From: Bacteroidota bacterium
Lineage (GTDB): Bacteria; Bacteroidota; Bacteroidia; Cytophagales; Cyclobacteriaceae
Direction of reading: 5' to 3'
DNA: 64,000 nt
NCBI GenBank assembly: GCA_023412765.1
Contig: JAEZBX010000349.1
Location: 4,339-68,338, forward strand
The notes under the pieces are model-generated. The model saw only the letters and a list, made by a program, of their open reading frames with translations, searched no databases and was not told where the DNA came from. Positions 20,715-30,126 of this stretch are shown here, in pieces (within the stretch, counting starts at the first letter, position 1; every line of letters starts with the position of its first letter). Both the position numbers and the translations under genes were made by a program.

Positions 20715-21965
20715 ATGGATAAGCAAATAAAAAAGAAGAAGTGGACGGTAAAGAAGGTAGCTACCTATGGTGGGATTGCACTGTTTGTGATTTTTATAGG
20801 CTATCAATTCATTTTTGCTGACCGTCGTTCGAAACTTAAGATCGATAGGGATAAGATTACAATATCTGAAGTCAAGCGCGGCGTTTTCCAGGAGTTCATA
20901 CCTCAGACCGGAATTGTTGAGCCAAGCCGTACCGTCTACCTCGATGCAGTAGAGGGTGGTACTATAAAACGAGTTGTTGCCGAAAGCGGTGCGATGGTTA
21001 AGGAAGGAGATATAATTCTGGAATTAAGCAACCTCAACCGCGAAATTCAAGTCTTACAGCAGGAAGCGTCTCTGAACCAAAGCGTGAATGAGCTTAGGCA
21101 AACGCGTTTGTCATTAACGCAGAATGATTTGGCGCAACAACAAACGCTTGCCGAAGTTGATAAGGAATTGGCCAAACTAGTTCCTCAATATAACCGGCAG
21201 AAAATTCTTTACGAAAAGAAATTGGTTTCGAAACAGGATTTTGAAAGTGTTGAGGCTGACTATCTTTTTAACCTCAAAAGGAGAGAGATCACCTACAGAA
21301 CTTACAGAGCTGATTCGATAGAACGGATACGCCAGGTTAAGGATATCATGCAGTCTGAACTACGAATGATGCAGAGTCTTGAAGGCGCAGGAAAGATTCT
21401 TGATAACCTCGTAATCAGGGCTCCTATTGATGGGCAGTTGTCTCGCCCGCAACTTGACCCTGGCCAGAGCATCAACACTGGTCAACGACTTGGTTGGATA
21501 GACGTAGTAGGCAGTTACAAAGTGAAGGTCCCTATTGATGAATTGTACCTTCCACGCATAACCACTGGGTTGCATGCTACCACTACTTTCAACAATAAAG
21601 AATACGACCTGGTGATCGCTTACAAATATCCAGGTGCTACCAACGGCCGGTTTGAAGTCGATATGAACTTCGTAGGTGAGCAACCAAAAGGGATCATCAG
21701 AGGTCTTTCGCTCCGGTTGAGAATAGAGTTAGGTCAATCGTCTGAGGAACTGCTGTTGCCAGTTGGCGGATTTTACAAAGACACCGGTGGAAACTGGGTT
21801 TATGTGCTCGACGATGATAACCGCGCTGTCAAGAGGGATATTAAACTGGGCCGAAAGAGTGGTGCGGAGAATTTTGAGGTGCTTGAAGGGCTGGAGCCCG
21901 GCGATAAGGTCATAACCTCTTCGTATGAGAATTTTGGGACAAACGAAGTGCTGTTGTTGAACTAA
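20715..21965 (+). CDS. Periplasmic adaptor (membrane fusion protein), MacA/HlyD-like
   Basis: N-terminal TM, biotinyl-lipoyl halves (VKEGDIILELSN, IRAPIDGQ), coiled coil, EVLEGLEPGDKVI. Confidence 0.9.
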   Translation: MDKQIKKKKWTVKKVATYGGIALFVIFIGYQFIFADRRSKLKIDRDKITISEVKRGVFQEFIPQTGIVEPSRTVYLDAVEGGTIKRVVAESGAMVKEGDIILELSNLNREIQVLQQEASLNQSVNELRQTRLSLTQNDLAQQQTLAEVDKELAKLVPQYNRQKILYEKKLVSKQDFESVEADYLFNLKRREITYRTYRADSIERIRQVKDIMQSELRMMQSLEGAGKILDNLVIRAPIDGQLSRPQLDPGQSINTGQRLGWIDVVGSYKVKVPIDELYLPRITTGLHATTTFNNKEYDLVIAYKYPGATNGRFEVDMNFVGEQPKGIIRGLSLRLRIELGQSSEELLLPVGGFYKDTGGNWVYVLDDDNRAVKRDIKLGRKSGAENFEVLEGLEPGDKVITSSYENFGTNEVLLLN

Positions 21966-21975
21966 AGAAGAAGAT

Positions 21976-22017
21976 GAATATCAAATAATGAATATCGAAT
22001 ATCGAATATCGAACAGA
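21976..22017. repeat. GAATATC heptamer tandem run
   Basis: gaatatc aaataat gaatatc gaatatc gaatatc gaacaga. Confidence 0.75.
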
Positions 22018-22090
22018 GTAACCATTACAAAAAATAGAAGTATTAAATCAAACTAAATAAGTCCTCCGACCATCAAAACATAAACTCACC

Positions 22091-22780
22091 ATGATCAAAC
22101 TGAAAAATCTTGAAAAAGTCTATACGACTGAAGAAGTAGAAACTACCGCCTTAAACAACATCAACATTGAAATTAAGGAAGGTGAGTTCGTTGCCATTAT
22201 GGGTCCGTCAGGTTGCGGAAAGTCTACGCTCCTCAACATATTAGGGTTGTTGGACAATCCGTCTGGAGGAGAATACCATTTTGGGGAGCACGAAGTTGCA
22301 AGGTATTCGGAGCGCCAGCGTGCTCAACTTCGGAAGGGATCTATCGGTTTCGTGTTTCAAAGTTTTAACCTGATCGACGAGCTTACCGTGTTTGAAAATG
22401 TTGAGCTTCCGTTACTATATATGAAAGTTCCATCAGGTGAACGGAAGCAAAGAGTGGAGGAAGTTTTGGAACGCATGAACATCATGCATCGCAGGAATCA
22501 CTTTCCGCAGCAGCTCTCAGGAGGACAGCAACAGCGCGTCGCTATCTCCCGCGCTATCGTGGCGAAACCCCGTGTGATCCTCGCCGATGAGCCAACGGGT
22601 AATCTTGACTCTGCAAATGGTGAGGAAGTGATGAAGCTTTTGTCACAGTTGAATGAAGAAGGCACCACCATCATCATGGTTACGCACTCTCCTTATGATG
22701 CAAACTATGCACACCGCATCATCAACCTGTTCGACGGAAAAGTTGTTACAGAGAATATCAAAGAACAATTTCATATCTGA
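22091..22780 (+). CDS. ABC transporter ATP-binding protein (MacB/LolD type)
   Basis: [18 protein letters not shown] and ADEPTGNLD motifs. Confidence 0.96.
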   Translation: MIKLKNLEKVYTTEEVETTALNNINIEIKEGEFVAIMGPSGCGKSTLLNILGLLDNPSGGEYHFGEHEVARYSERQRAQLRKGSIGFVFQSFNLIDELTVFENVELPLLYMKVPSGERKQRVEEVLERMNIMHRRNHFPQQLSGGQQQRVAISRAIVAKPRVILADEPTGNLDSANGEEVMKLLSQLNEEGTTIIMVTHSPYDANYAHRIINLFDGKVVTENIKEQFHI

Positions 22781-22796
22781 TAATTACCAGGCATCA

Positions 22797-22841
22797 TTGA
22801 TGTTAACTTTCTCGGGCATTCGCCTGAAAAGTTAACGTCAA
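22797..22841. other. Long intergenic hairpin
   Basis: TTGATGTTAACTTT pairs with AAAGTTAACGTCAA (one G-U); inner TCGGGC/GCCTGA pairing. Confidence 0.55.
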
Positions 22842-22900
22842 CGTGCAACCTTAACCAGGGATTTACAGTCTATTGTTTATCCAACAATACCCATTTACCC

Positions 22901-25276
22901 ATGCTTAAGAATTTCTTTTTGGTCACCCTTCGGAACATGATGAAGAACAAGCTCTTTATCTTCATCAACATTTTTGGAATGGGGCTCGCTATCGGCTGTT
23001 GTATCGTAGCCTATTTTGCCTATGAGTACGATTCGAATTTCGATGCTGTTCATAAAAATGGTGAACACATCTACCGCGTTAGTGTTGTTCGTGAATTTGA
23101 CAACCAGGTAACTCGATTTGGAATATCGCCACTACCACTCCGCTCAATTGTGGACCAGAATTTTAACGATGTGGAGAAGTCAACGCGTTTCTTTTTCTCA
23201 TGGTCCAATTTCAAAAGGGAAGACGATTTGTTCCAGTCGAATCTCGCATACGTCGATCCGGATTTCTTTGAAATGTTTTCCTTTGAATTTATTAAGGGAG
23301 ATCCGAAGGCATTGCAGGATGTCAGAAGCGTTTTTATAAGTGATAAAATGGCGGTTAAATTGTTTGCTTCCCCTGAAGAAGCTTACGGTAAGACGATCAC
23401 GCAGGTAATTGGTCAGGAATTGAAAGAAATCAAGATTGCCGGTGTGTTTAAAGAGCCTCCGCAAAATTCAAGTTTCTATTCTCGCGAGGCGTATCTCAAT
23501 TTCGAAAACTGCAAGGATGAACATAAGGGTGTAATTGACGACAACTGGCAACAGGAGTCCACATTATTTGTACAAATCAATGACCCCAATCGTTTAAGTA
23601 CCGTACGCCAGCAACTACAGCCCTATACGGCAAACAATAATAAAGCCCGGGAGGATTTTATCATTAAAGAATTCGTCCTGGATCACTTTCCATCAATGGC
23701 GCATGGTGACAGGGCGGAAGAGGTCCGCACGTGGACATGGGATGCACCTCCGATTGCCGCTATCGTCGGATCATCTGTAATGGGAATTCTGATTTTAATG
23801 ATCGCCTGTTTTAATCTAACAAATACCGCAATTGCTATCTCTTCAAGACGACTAAAAGAAATTGGAATCCGGAAAGTGATGGGCGGATTGAGAAAGCAAT
23901 TAATTATACAATTCATTGGTGAGACTACCTTGATTTGCTTTTTCGCGCTTTTAGTGGGTTTGATCATTGGCCGGTTCCTCGCCGACGGATGGAACGCCAT
24001 GTGGGAATACATGCGTGTAACACCTCACTATCTTGACAATCCACAGTTTTGGACATTTACGGGTGGAGTGCTTCTATTTACAGGATTGCTGGCTGGCGGA
24101 TATCCTGCGTTCTACGTCAGCAAATTTGAGCCGATCAGCATATTAAAAGGGAAATTGAAGTTTGGTGGTACCAATTATTTTACACGCACGCTGCTCGGAC
24201 TTCAATTTTCAATTTCTCTGATTGCAATTGTGAGTGCGATAGCATTCTGGCAAAACGCAAGGTATCAACGCGATTACGACCTAGGCTTTGATGAGAAAGG
24301 TTCAGTGATCGCATGGCTGGAGACAGAATCGTTTGACACTTATCGGAATGCCTTGGCAGAAAACCCAGAAATTATTTCAATGGCAGGGGCTGCTAGTGGT
24401 ATTTTTTCCAACCGCTCTCATGAGCCGGTAAAGTTTGAGTCAAAACAAGTTGAAGTGGATATCATCGATGTCGGTGATGGCTATTTAAAAACGATGGATC
24501 TAACGCTTGTTGATGGACGTGATTTTGTACGGGATTCGGAAACAGACAAAAAAGAATCAATTATTATTTCACAAAAAATGGCCTCGCTGTTCGGATGGGA
24601 AAAACCATTGGGTAAAGAGGTGATTTGGAAAGATTCTGTCAAGCTTTATGTCGTTGGCGTGGTAAAGGATGTTTACACACTCGGCCTATGGCGCCCGATG
24701 GAACCACTCATGATCCGATACGTCGGTCCAGAAAAGTATAGCCAAATCGTTGTAAACACGGAAGCTGCCAAGGTTCCTGCAATCAACAAGTTTATGGAAG
24801 CGAAGTGGAAGGAAATTTTTCCCAATCGTCTTTATAATGGTAGCATGCTCTCTGGAATAACGGATGAAGTTGAGGACGTCAACGCGAACATAATGACCAT
24901 GTACACATTTCTAGGTGTGATAGCACTCATGCTTTCGGCAACAGGATTATTCACGCTAGTGTCATTAAATATTATAAGAAGAACAAAAGAGATTGGTGTA
25001 CGCAAAGTATTAGGTGCGTCGGTGAGCAACATCACGCGAATAATTAACACAGAATTTTTCGTGATCCTTGTGCTGGCATCAGCGGCAGGATCCGTTCTCA
25101 GTTACTTCGCAGTAGACCTGCTCATGGGCAGCATCTGGAATTATTATCTATCGACAACGGGAGTGACATTTGTTGTAGCAATTTCAATAATGTTCCTGGT
25201 TTCTGTGGCGGTTATTGGATACAAAGTGCTGGCTGCTGCTTCAATGAACCCGGTTAATACATTGCGTGACGAGTAA
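22901..25276 (+). CDS. ABC transporter permease, duplicated MacB/FtsX domains
   Basis: IACFNLTN..RLKEIGIRKVMG and RTKEIGVRKVLGAS; C-terminal NPVNTLRDE. Confidence 0.93.
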   Translation: MLKNFFLVTLRNMMKNKLFIFINIFGMGLAIGCCIVAYFAYEYDSNFDAVHKNGEHIYRVSVVREFDNQVTRFGISPLPLRSIVDQNFNDVEKSTRFFFSWSNFKREDDLFQSNLAYVDPDFFEMFSFEFIKGDPKALQDVRSVFISDKMAVKLFASPEEAYGKTITQVIGQELKEIKIAGVFKEPPQNSSFYSREAYLNFENCKDEHKGVIDDNWQQESTLFVQINDPNRLSTVRQQLQPYTANNNKAREDFIIKEFVLDHFPSMAHGDRAEEVRTWTWDAPPIAAIVGSSVMGILILMIACFNLTNTAIAISSRRLKEIGIRKVMGGLRKQLIIQFIGETTLICFFALLVGLIIGRFLADGWNAMWEYMRVTPHYLDNPQFWTFTGGVLLFTGLLAGGYPAFYVSKFEPISILKGKLKFGGTNYFTRTLLGLQFSISLIAIVSAIAFWQNARYQRDYDLGFDEKGSVIAWLETESFDTYRNALAENPEIISMAGAASGIFSNRSHEPVKFESKQVEVDIIDVGDGYLKTMDLTLVDGRDFVRDSETDKKESIIISQKMASLFGWEKPLGKEVIWKDSVKLYVVGVVKDVYTLGLWRPMEPLMIRYVGPEKYSQIVVNTEAAKVPAINKFMEAKWKEIFPNRLYNGSMLSGITDEVEDVNANIMTMYTFLGVIALMLSATGLFTLVSLNIIRRTKEIGVRKVLGASVSNITRIINTEFFVILVLASAAGSVLSYFAVDLLMGSIWNYYLSTTGVTFVVAISIMFLVSVAVIGYKVLAAASMNPVNTLRDE

Positions 25277-25350
25277 GGTGCTGGCGGTACATTGGTAGTT
25301 ACGAGTCTTGGGTTTCTGTAGTTCGATTCACATACTTTTCGGATAAATTT

Positions 25351-27753
25351 ATGCTGCGCAATTATTTTAAGATCGCCGTGCGGAATATTACCCGCTACAA
25401 ATTTTATTCTGCGATCAATATCTTAGGAATGTCACTAGGTCTTACGACCTGCCTTATCATCATCCTTTACATAGCGGATGAGCTGAGTTATGATAAATTC
25501 CACCGGAATGCGGAGCGCATTTATCAGGTTGGCTTACACGCAAAAATCGGCCCGCAGGACATAACAGTTTCAAACACTCCTCCACCAATGGGCCCTGCGC
25601 TGCTTGATGAATTGCCGGAGGTGGAAGCTTATATGCGCATTGGTCCTTTTTATGGTGAGCCAGCAATAAAGTATGAAGATAAAGTGTTTGCTGAAAGCAA
25701 AGTTTTTTACGTTGACTCAAACTTCTTTCAATTTTTTGACTACAAGTTGCTGGAAGGAGATCCAAAGACACTGTTGACTGAGCCTAACACAATGGTAATG
25801 ACCAGGAAGGTGGCGCAAAAATATTTTGGCAACGAAGCGGCTACTGGTAAACTTGTCACTCTTGATAATGACCGAACCTTTAAGGTTACAGGTGTCGCGG
25901 AAAATCCGCCTACGAACTCACACCTCGATTTCGATGTGCTACTCTCATCAGAATCCGGTGACCGACTCAAAAACAAGGAGTGGATCAATAATAATATATT
26001 TACTTATTTCTTACTTCGCGAGAACGCTCAGATCCAACCTGTAAATCAGAAATTTCTGGAGCTTGTTGAAAAATACGTCGGCCCCGCTGTTGAACGTTTT
26101 TTGGGTTCAACGCTTCAACAGCTGCGCGATTCAGGGGGAGCTTACGGATTTTACGCCATTAAACTCACTGACATTCACCTTAAATCCCCTTCTATTCAGG
26201 ATTTGAAACCCAAGGGCAGTATCCAATATATTTATTTTTTTGCGGGAGTCGGGTTATTCATTCTCGTTATCGCCTGCATCAATTTTATGAACCTGTCTAC
26301 CGCGCGGGCTGCTGGACGGGCAAAAGAAGTTGGACTACGAAAAACACTGGGCTCGCTTCGTGAACAAATGATCGGACAGTTTTTGTCGGAGGCGATGATC
26401 TACAGCTTTATAGCTGTAATGATTTCGCTCATAGCATGTTATTATCTCCTGCCTTCATTCAATCTTCTTTCAGGCAAAGAACTCGGGATGGATATTTTCT
26501 TGCAACCATGGTTCATCACCTGCGTCGCCGGACTCATTGTTTTTGTTGGACTTGTTGCTGGAAGCTATCCCGCCTTTTATCTCACTTCGTTTAACGCTGT
26601 CGATGTCCTTAAAGGAAAAGTAAGAGCCGGAATGAAGAGCAAAGGCGTAAGAAGCCTTTTGGTTGTATTGCAATTTTCTATTTCTATTTTTCTCATCATT
26701 TTCACGGTAGTTGTTTATCAGCAGATTACCTATATGCAGGAGCAAAATCTGGGAATTGACAAAGAGAACATATTAGTTGTAAAAAATACATTCCGACTAA
26801 AGGCAAATAAGGAAGCCTTCCGAAATGCGTTGGCCCAGGAGCAGGGTGTTGTGGACATGAGTTATTCAAATAATAATTTTCCAGGAGTAAACAATACGAC
26901 CGTGTTCAAAGAAGCTGGCTCCGAACAAGACCATGTGTTGGGTGTTTACAGCGCTGATCATGATCATCAGAAAGTGATGAAGTTTGAATTGACCGATGGG
27001 AGATTCTTCTCACGGGAATTTACCACTGATACGGCTGCTGTAGTTTTGAATGAGGCTGCGGCCAAAGAATTCAATTTTGACAACCCTATTGGCGAGGAAC
27101 TGCTATACCCAGAAGGTAACAAAATGCGCAGACTGAAAATCGTCGGCGTTATCAAGAATTTTAATTTCGAATCTTTTAGAGACCAGGTACGTCCGTTGGC
27201 AATTTTGTTGGATGCTAATGCGAATACTCTCTTAATCAAGTATCAGGGTAGTCCGACGGCGCTGGTTCAAAAAGTGGAATCTACCTGGAAGCACCACGCT
27301 TCTAACGAACCTTTCGAATATTCATTTCTTGATCAAAGCTTTAACGAGTTATTCAAGACGGAGCAGCGAATGGGAACAATCTTCGCGATCTTTTCCGGCC
27401 TCACTATTTTTGTGGCGTGTCTTGGTCTGTTTGCTTTAGCTGCATTTACAGCAGAGCAACGGACGAAGGAGATAGGTATCCGTAAAGTGATGGGTGCATC
27501 TGTGCGCAATCTTGCTTTCCTATTATCACGAGAGTTTACGCTGTTGGTACTAATCGCATTTGTTCCCGCGGCGCTTGCAGGGTGGTATGTGTCAAGTCAA
27601 TGGCTGGAAGAATTTGTGTATCGTATCAATGTTAGCCCATTTGTAATAATTGTCAGCGGCATTGTGGCAATTGTTGTAGCATGGGTCACCGTGAGTTTTC
27701 AATCCATAAAAGCTGCGACTTCGAATCCGGTAGACTCGCTCCGATACGAGTAA
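25351..27753 (+). CDS. ABC transporter permease, duplicated MacB/FtsX domains
   Basis: IACINFMNLSTAR..RAKEVGLRK and QRTKEIGIRKVMGAS; C-terminal NPVDSLRYE. Confidence 0.93.
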   Translation: MLRNYFKIAVRNITRYKFYSAINILGMSLGLTTCLIIILYIADELSYDKFHRNAERIYQVGLHAKIGPQDITVSNTPPPMGPALLDELPEVEAYMRIGPFYGEPAIKYEDKVFAESKVFYVDSNFFQFFDYKLLEGDPKTLLTEPNTMVMTRKVAQKYFGNEAATGKLVTLDNDRTFKVTGVAENPPTNSHLDFDVLLSSESGDRLKNKEWINNNIFTYFLLRENAQIQPVNQKFLELVEKYVGPAVERFLGSTLQQLRDSGGAYGFYAIKLTDIHLKSPSIQDLKPKGSIQYIYFFAGVGLFILVIACINFMNLSTARAAGRAKEVGLRKTLGSLREQMIGQFLSEAMIYSFIAVMISLIACYYLLPSFNLLSGKELGMDIFLQPWFITCVAGLIVFVGLVAGSYPAFYLTSFNAVDVLKGKVRAGMKSKGVRSLLVVLQFSISIFLIIFTVVVYQQITYMQEQNLGIDKENILVVKNTFRLKANKEAFRNALAQEQGVVDMSYSNNNFPGVNNTTVFKEAGSEQDHVLGVYSADHDHQKVMKFELTDGRFFSREFTTDTAAVVLNEAAAKEFNFDNPIGEELLYPEGNKMRRLKIVGVIKNFNFESFRDQVRPLAILLDANANTLLIKYQGSPTALVQKVESTWKHHASNEPFEYSFLDQSFNELFKTEQRMGTIFAIFSGLTIFVACLGLFALAAFTAEQRTKEIGIRKVMGASVRNLAFLLSREFTLLVLIAFVPAALAGWYVSSQWLEEFVYRINVSPFVIIVSGIVAIVVAWVTVSFQSIKAATSNPVDSLRYE

Positions 27754-27758
27754 GGGAA

Positions 27759-28139
27759 TCAACTTTTATCCTTAATACTTTTTATTTTCCCGTTTTCAAA
27801 TTCGAACTCTGACGTTCCCTGCAAGGTCAGAGTGTCGCCTTTTTTTAAACCGTTTGGTAAGTCAGTTGACAGGGTTGCTTCGTAGCTGATTTTTATTAAA
27901 ACTTTTGAAGCTGCGAAGTCCCACGATTCGATTATCTGTTTTCTTTGATCGAAGTATTGCGTCGCAGCTTCTGCCTGTCGTTTAAATTCGTTGATCCCTT
28001 TGGTTTCCAAATCAACTTGTCCATTAGAAATATTCTGAAACACCACATTCTCATGTAGGTGTCTTATCATCCCCGCTACGTCGAACCTGTTGTATGATTT
28101 AATATAATCTTCGATGATTTGCTTTTGTTGTTCATCCAT
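27759..28139 (-). CDS. NTF2/SnoaL-like protein
   Basis: YIKSYNRFDVAGM...FEFENGKI pattern; 126 aa. Confidence 0.8.
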   Translation of the reverse strand: MDEQQKQIIEDYIKSYNRFDVAGMIRHLHENVVFQNISNGQVDLETKGINEFKRQAEAATQYFDQRKQIIESWDFAASKVLIKISYEATLSTDLPNGLKKGDTLTLQGTSEFEFENGKIKSIKDKS

Positions 28140-28432
28140 ATCACTGAAGTTTTTGTTGAAACTCTAACGAAATCTTTATGTTCAGCATTCTTATTGGGGC
28201 ACGCGACTCCGCATTACATTAGCGTATTAAAATCTCCAAAGGGCTTATAGTTTGCGCAATTGCACAACGAAAATTCCCTTGCTTTTTACGTTGCGACGCT
28301 TAACGAAATTAATTCGAAAACAGCGAAATTCGATGAAAATAAGGGCATTTGTCCTCCCAATGTTAAGTTTTGCATGCAAGGCTTATTCTGCGGGGAACAT
28401 TTAGTACCTTAGAGCTGACAATCATAATTTTT

Positions 28433-28720
28433 ATGGAAAAAGCTAAAACATCTAAGAAGGCGCTCAAAGGCCTTATAGAAGATTCAATGAAGGAAGCAAT
28501 TGGAACTTTGGAGCTACCTAAGCCCACAAAAAAAGTTAACAAGGTGCTACAACGGAATTCCAAAAAACTTGCATCGCTTTTCGCCGACATGATCAGGCGT
28601 GAAAACAAAAAGAAAAAGAAGGCTGAAAAGTTTATGGAGGAGGGAAAATCAAAAGCAAAAAAAGTAAAGAAACCAAAGGAACTAAAATTCGTTAAGCAAG
28701 GAGAAACTGTAAGCGCTTAA
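28433..28720 (+). CDS. Small lysine-rich hypothetical protein
   Basis: ATG 28433 after an AT-rich leader; 95 aa, very basic; followed by a hairpin. Confidence 0.6.
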   Translation: MEKAKTSKKALKGLIEDSMKEAIGTLELPKPTKKVNKVLQRNSKKLASLFADMIRRENKKKKKAEKFMEEGKSKAKKVKKPKELKFVKQGETVSA

Positions 28721-28743
28721 CAATCTTATTAATTTTAATATCG

Positions 28744-28787
28744 CCCTTGATGTTGAACTTGCAATGCTCTTCAACATCAAGGGTTTT
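28744..28787. terminator. Hairpin terminator between convergent genes
   Basis: Perfect 14-bp stem CCCTTGATGTTGAA / TTCAACATCAAGGG followed by TTTT. Confidence 0.75.
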
Positions 28788-29481
28788 ATTTTGCCGACGT
28801 CTCAAGCCTCCATTCGTAAACCGAAACGTTAGCCAACAATAAAAGCATGGCATAAAAAATATCTTCCAGTGGAATGGTTCCAAGCCTTAATCCCAGAATA
28901 GCCGTATCGTTGTACCACACCACTTCTTCCTCGATGAAGGAGCCCGTAAGAATACCATTCACTAAAAAGAAAGGCACCAGTATCGCCAGAAACGATACAT
29001 AGAAATACCCAGGAAACCTTGCCCGCGCTTTCAACGCCAGAAAAGCGAGGAAAAATGACAGGCCAAGGAATGTTATTGCAGTATACGCCTTGTCGATAAA
29101 ATAAATACCCGAAACCGCGAGAACAATCACCATAAAATATGACAACACTTCATGCCTTGAAAAAAAAAGCGTTGACTGAGTCAAATTTTTGAAAGCGTGA
29201 TAAGTAAAAAGACAGGCGAACGGAATACAGACAAAGAACAGAATTTCCTCGATCGGTAGCGATCCAAACGTCAGCCCGGTGTGATACCGAGAATTAAATC
29301 CCCATATTCCAAGCTGTGTAAAAAGCTCATCCCACAAGGTAAACAATATCGCTGGCAATAGGATGGCAGTAAGTAGCGCCTTCCATGTTTTATAAAATGT
29401 TCCTCTGATCCAAAAGCTTACCAACATTGGTAAACAAAGACAGATAAGATTAATGAGGAGATAAAGATATTGTGATTTCAA
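28786..29481 (-). CDS. Lycopene cyclase domain protein (fused CrtYcd type)
   Basis: Two repeats with PIEEILFF and PLEDIFY motifs; next to crtZ. Confidence 0.85.
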   Translation of the reverse strand: MKSQYLYLLINLICLCLPMLVSFWIRGTFYKTWKALLTAILLPAILFTLWDELFTQLGIWGFNSRYHTGLTFGSLPIEEILFFVCIPFACLFTYHAFKNLTQSTLFFSRHEVLSYFMVIVLAVSGIYFIDKAYTAITFLGLSFFLAFLALKARARFPGYFYVSFLAILVPFFLVNGILTGSFIEEEVVWYNDTAILGLRLGTIPLEDIFYAMLLLLANVSVYEWRLETSAK

Positions 29482-29489
29482 AACTTAGT

Positions 29490-29978
29490 TTAAGGTTCAC
29501 TCTCTTGAGACTTGGGTCTGTTAGCTGAATCGTATTTTTTAGCAGCGACCAGAAATCCGAATGCTTCGCATCCATCCTTTGTATGCTTGCTATGATGGAT
29601 ATAATGCGCATTAATTATTCTCTGAAGATACCGACCAGGCTTTGACGGTCGCCATTTTATCCGCTGATGAACGATTACATCATGAAAAATGAAATAGAAT
29701 ACGCCATAACAAAATATTCCAGTTGCAACAGCAATCAGGTAGAGATTAAAATTTACAAGGGTTCCATAATAGAACAATGCGATGCAAGGAACACTAAAAA
29801 GAATTGCAAATAAATCATTTCTTTCCAGTGAATGATCATGAACGCTGTGATGGGATTTATGCCACGACCATAGAAACCCGTGCATTATGTATTTGTGCGT
29901 GAACCACGCGATAAATTCCCAGATCAGAAAAGTACCGATCATAATAAACACACAAAGCACAATAGTCAAAACTTGCAT
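29490..29978 (-). CDS. crtZ: Beta-carotene hydroxylase
   Basis: His boxes HKYIMHG, WHKSHH, HDVIVHQR and HYIHH. Confidence 0.9.
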   Translation of the reverse strand: MQVLTIVLCVFIMIGTFLIWEFIAWFTHKYIMHGFLWSWHKSHHSVHDHSLERNDLFAILFSVPCIALFYYGTLVNFNLYLIAVATGIFCYGVFYFIFHDVIVHQRIKWRPSKPGRYLQRIINAHYIHHSKHTKDGCEAFGFLVAAKKYDSANRPKSQESEP

Positions 29979-30126
29979 ATTCAAATGACGCGTTTCAGGT
30001 ATTTATTTGCAAAAAAAGGTATTTAAGTGGACAGCCCACTTAACTAATTTGAACCTCGAATTTACCCTATTTAATACTCTTTTGAAACTCCTTGAATTTA
30101 CGGTAACTTCAATCTTCTTTTGAGGT

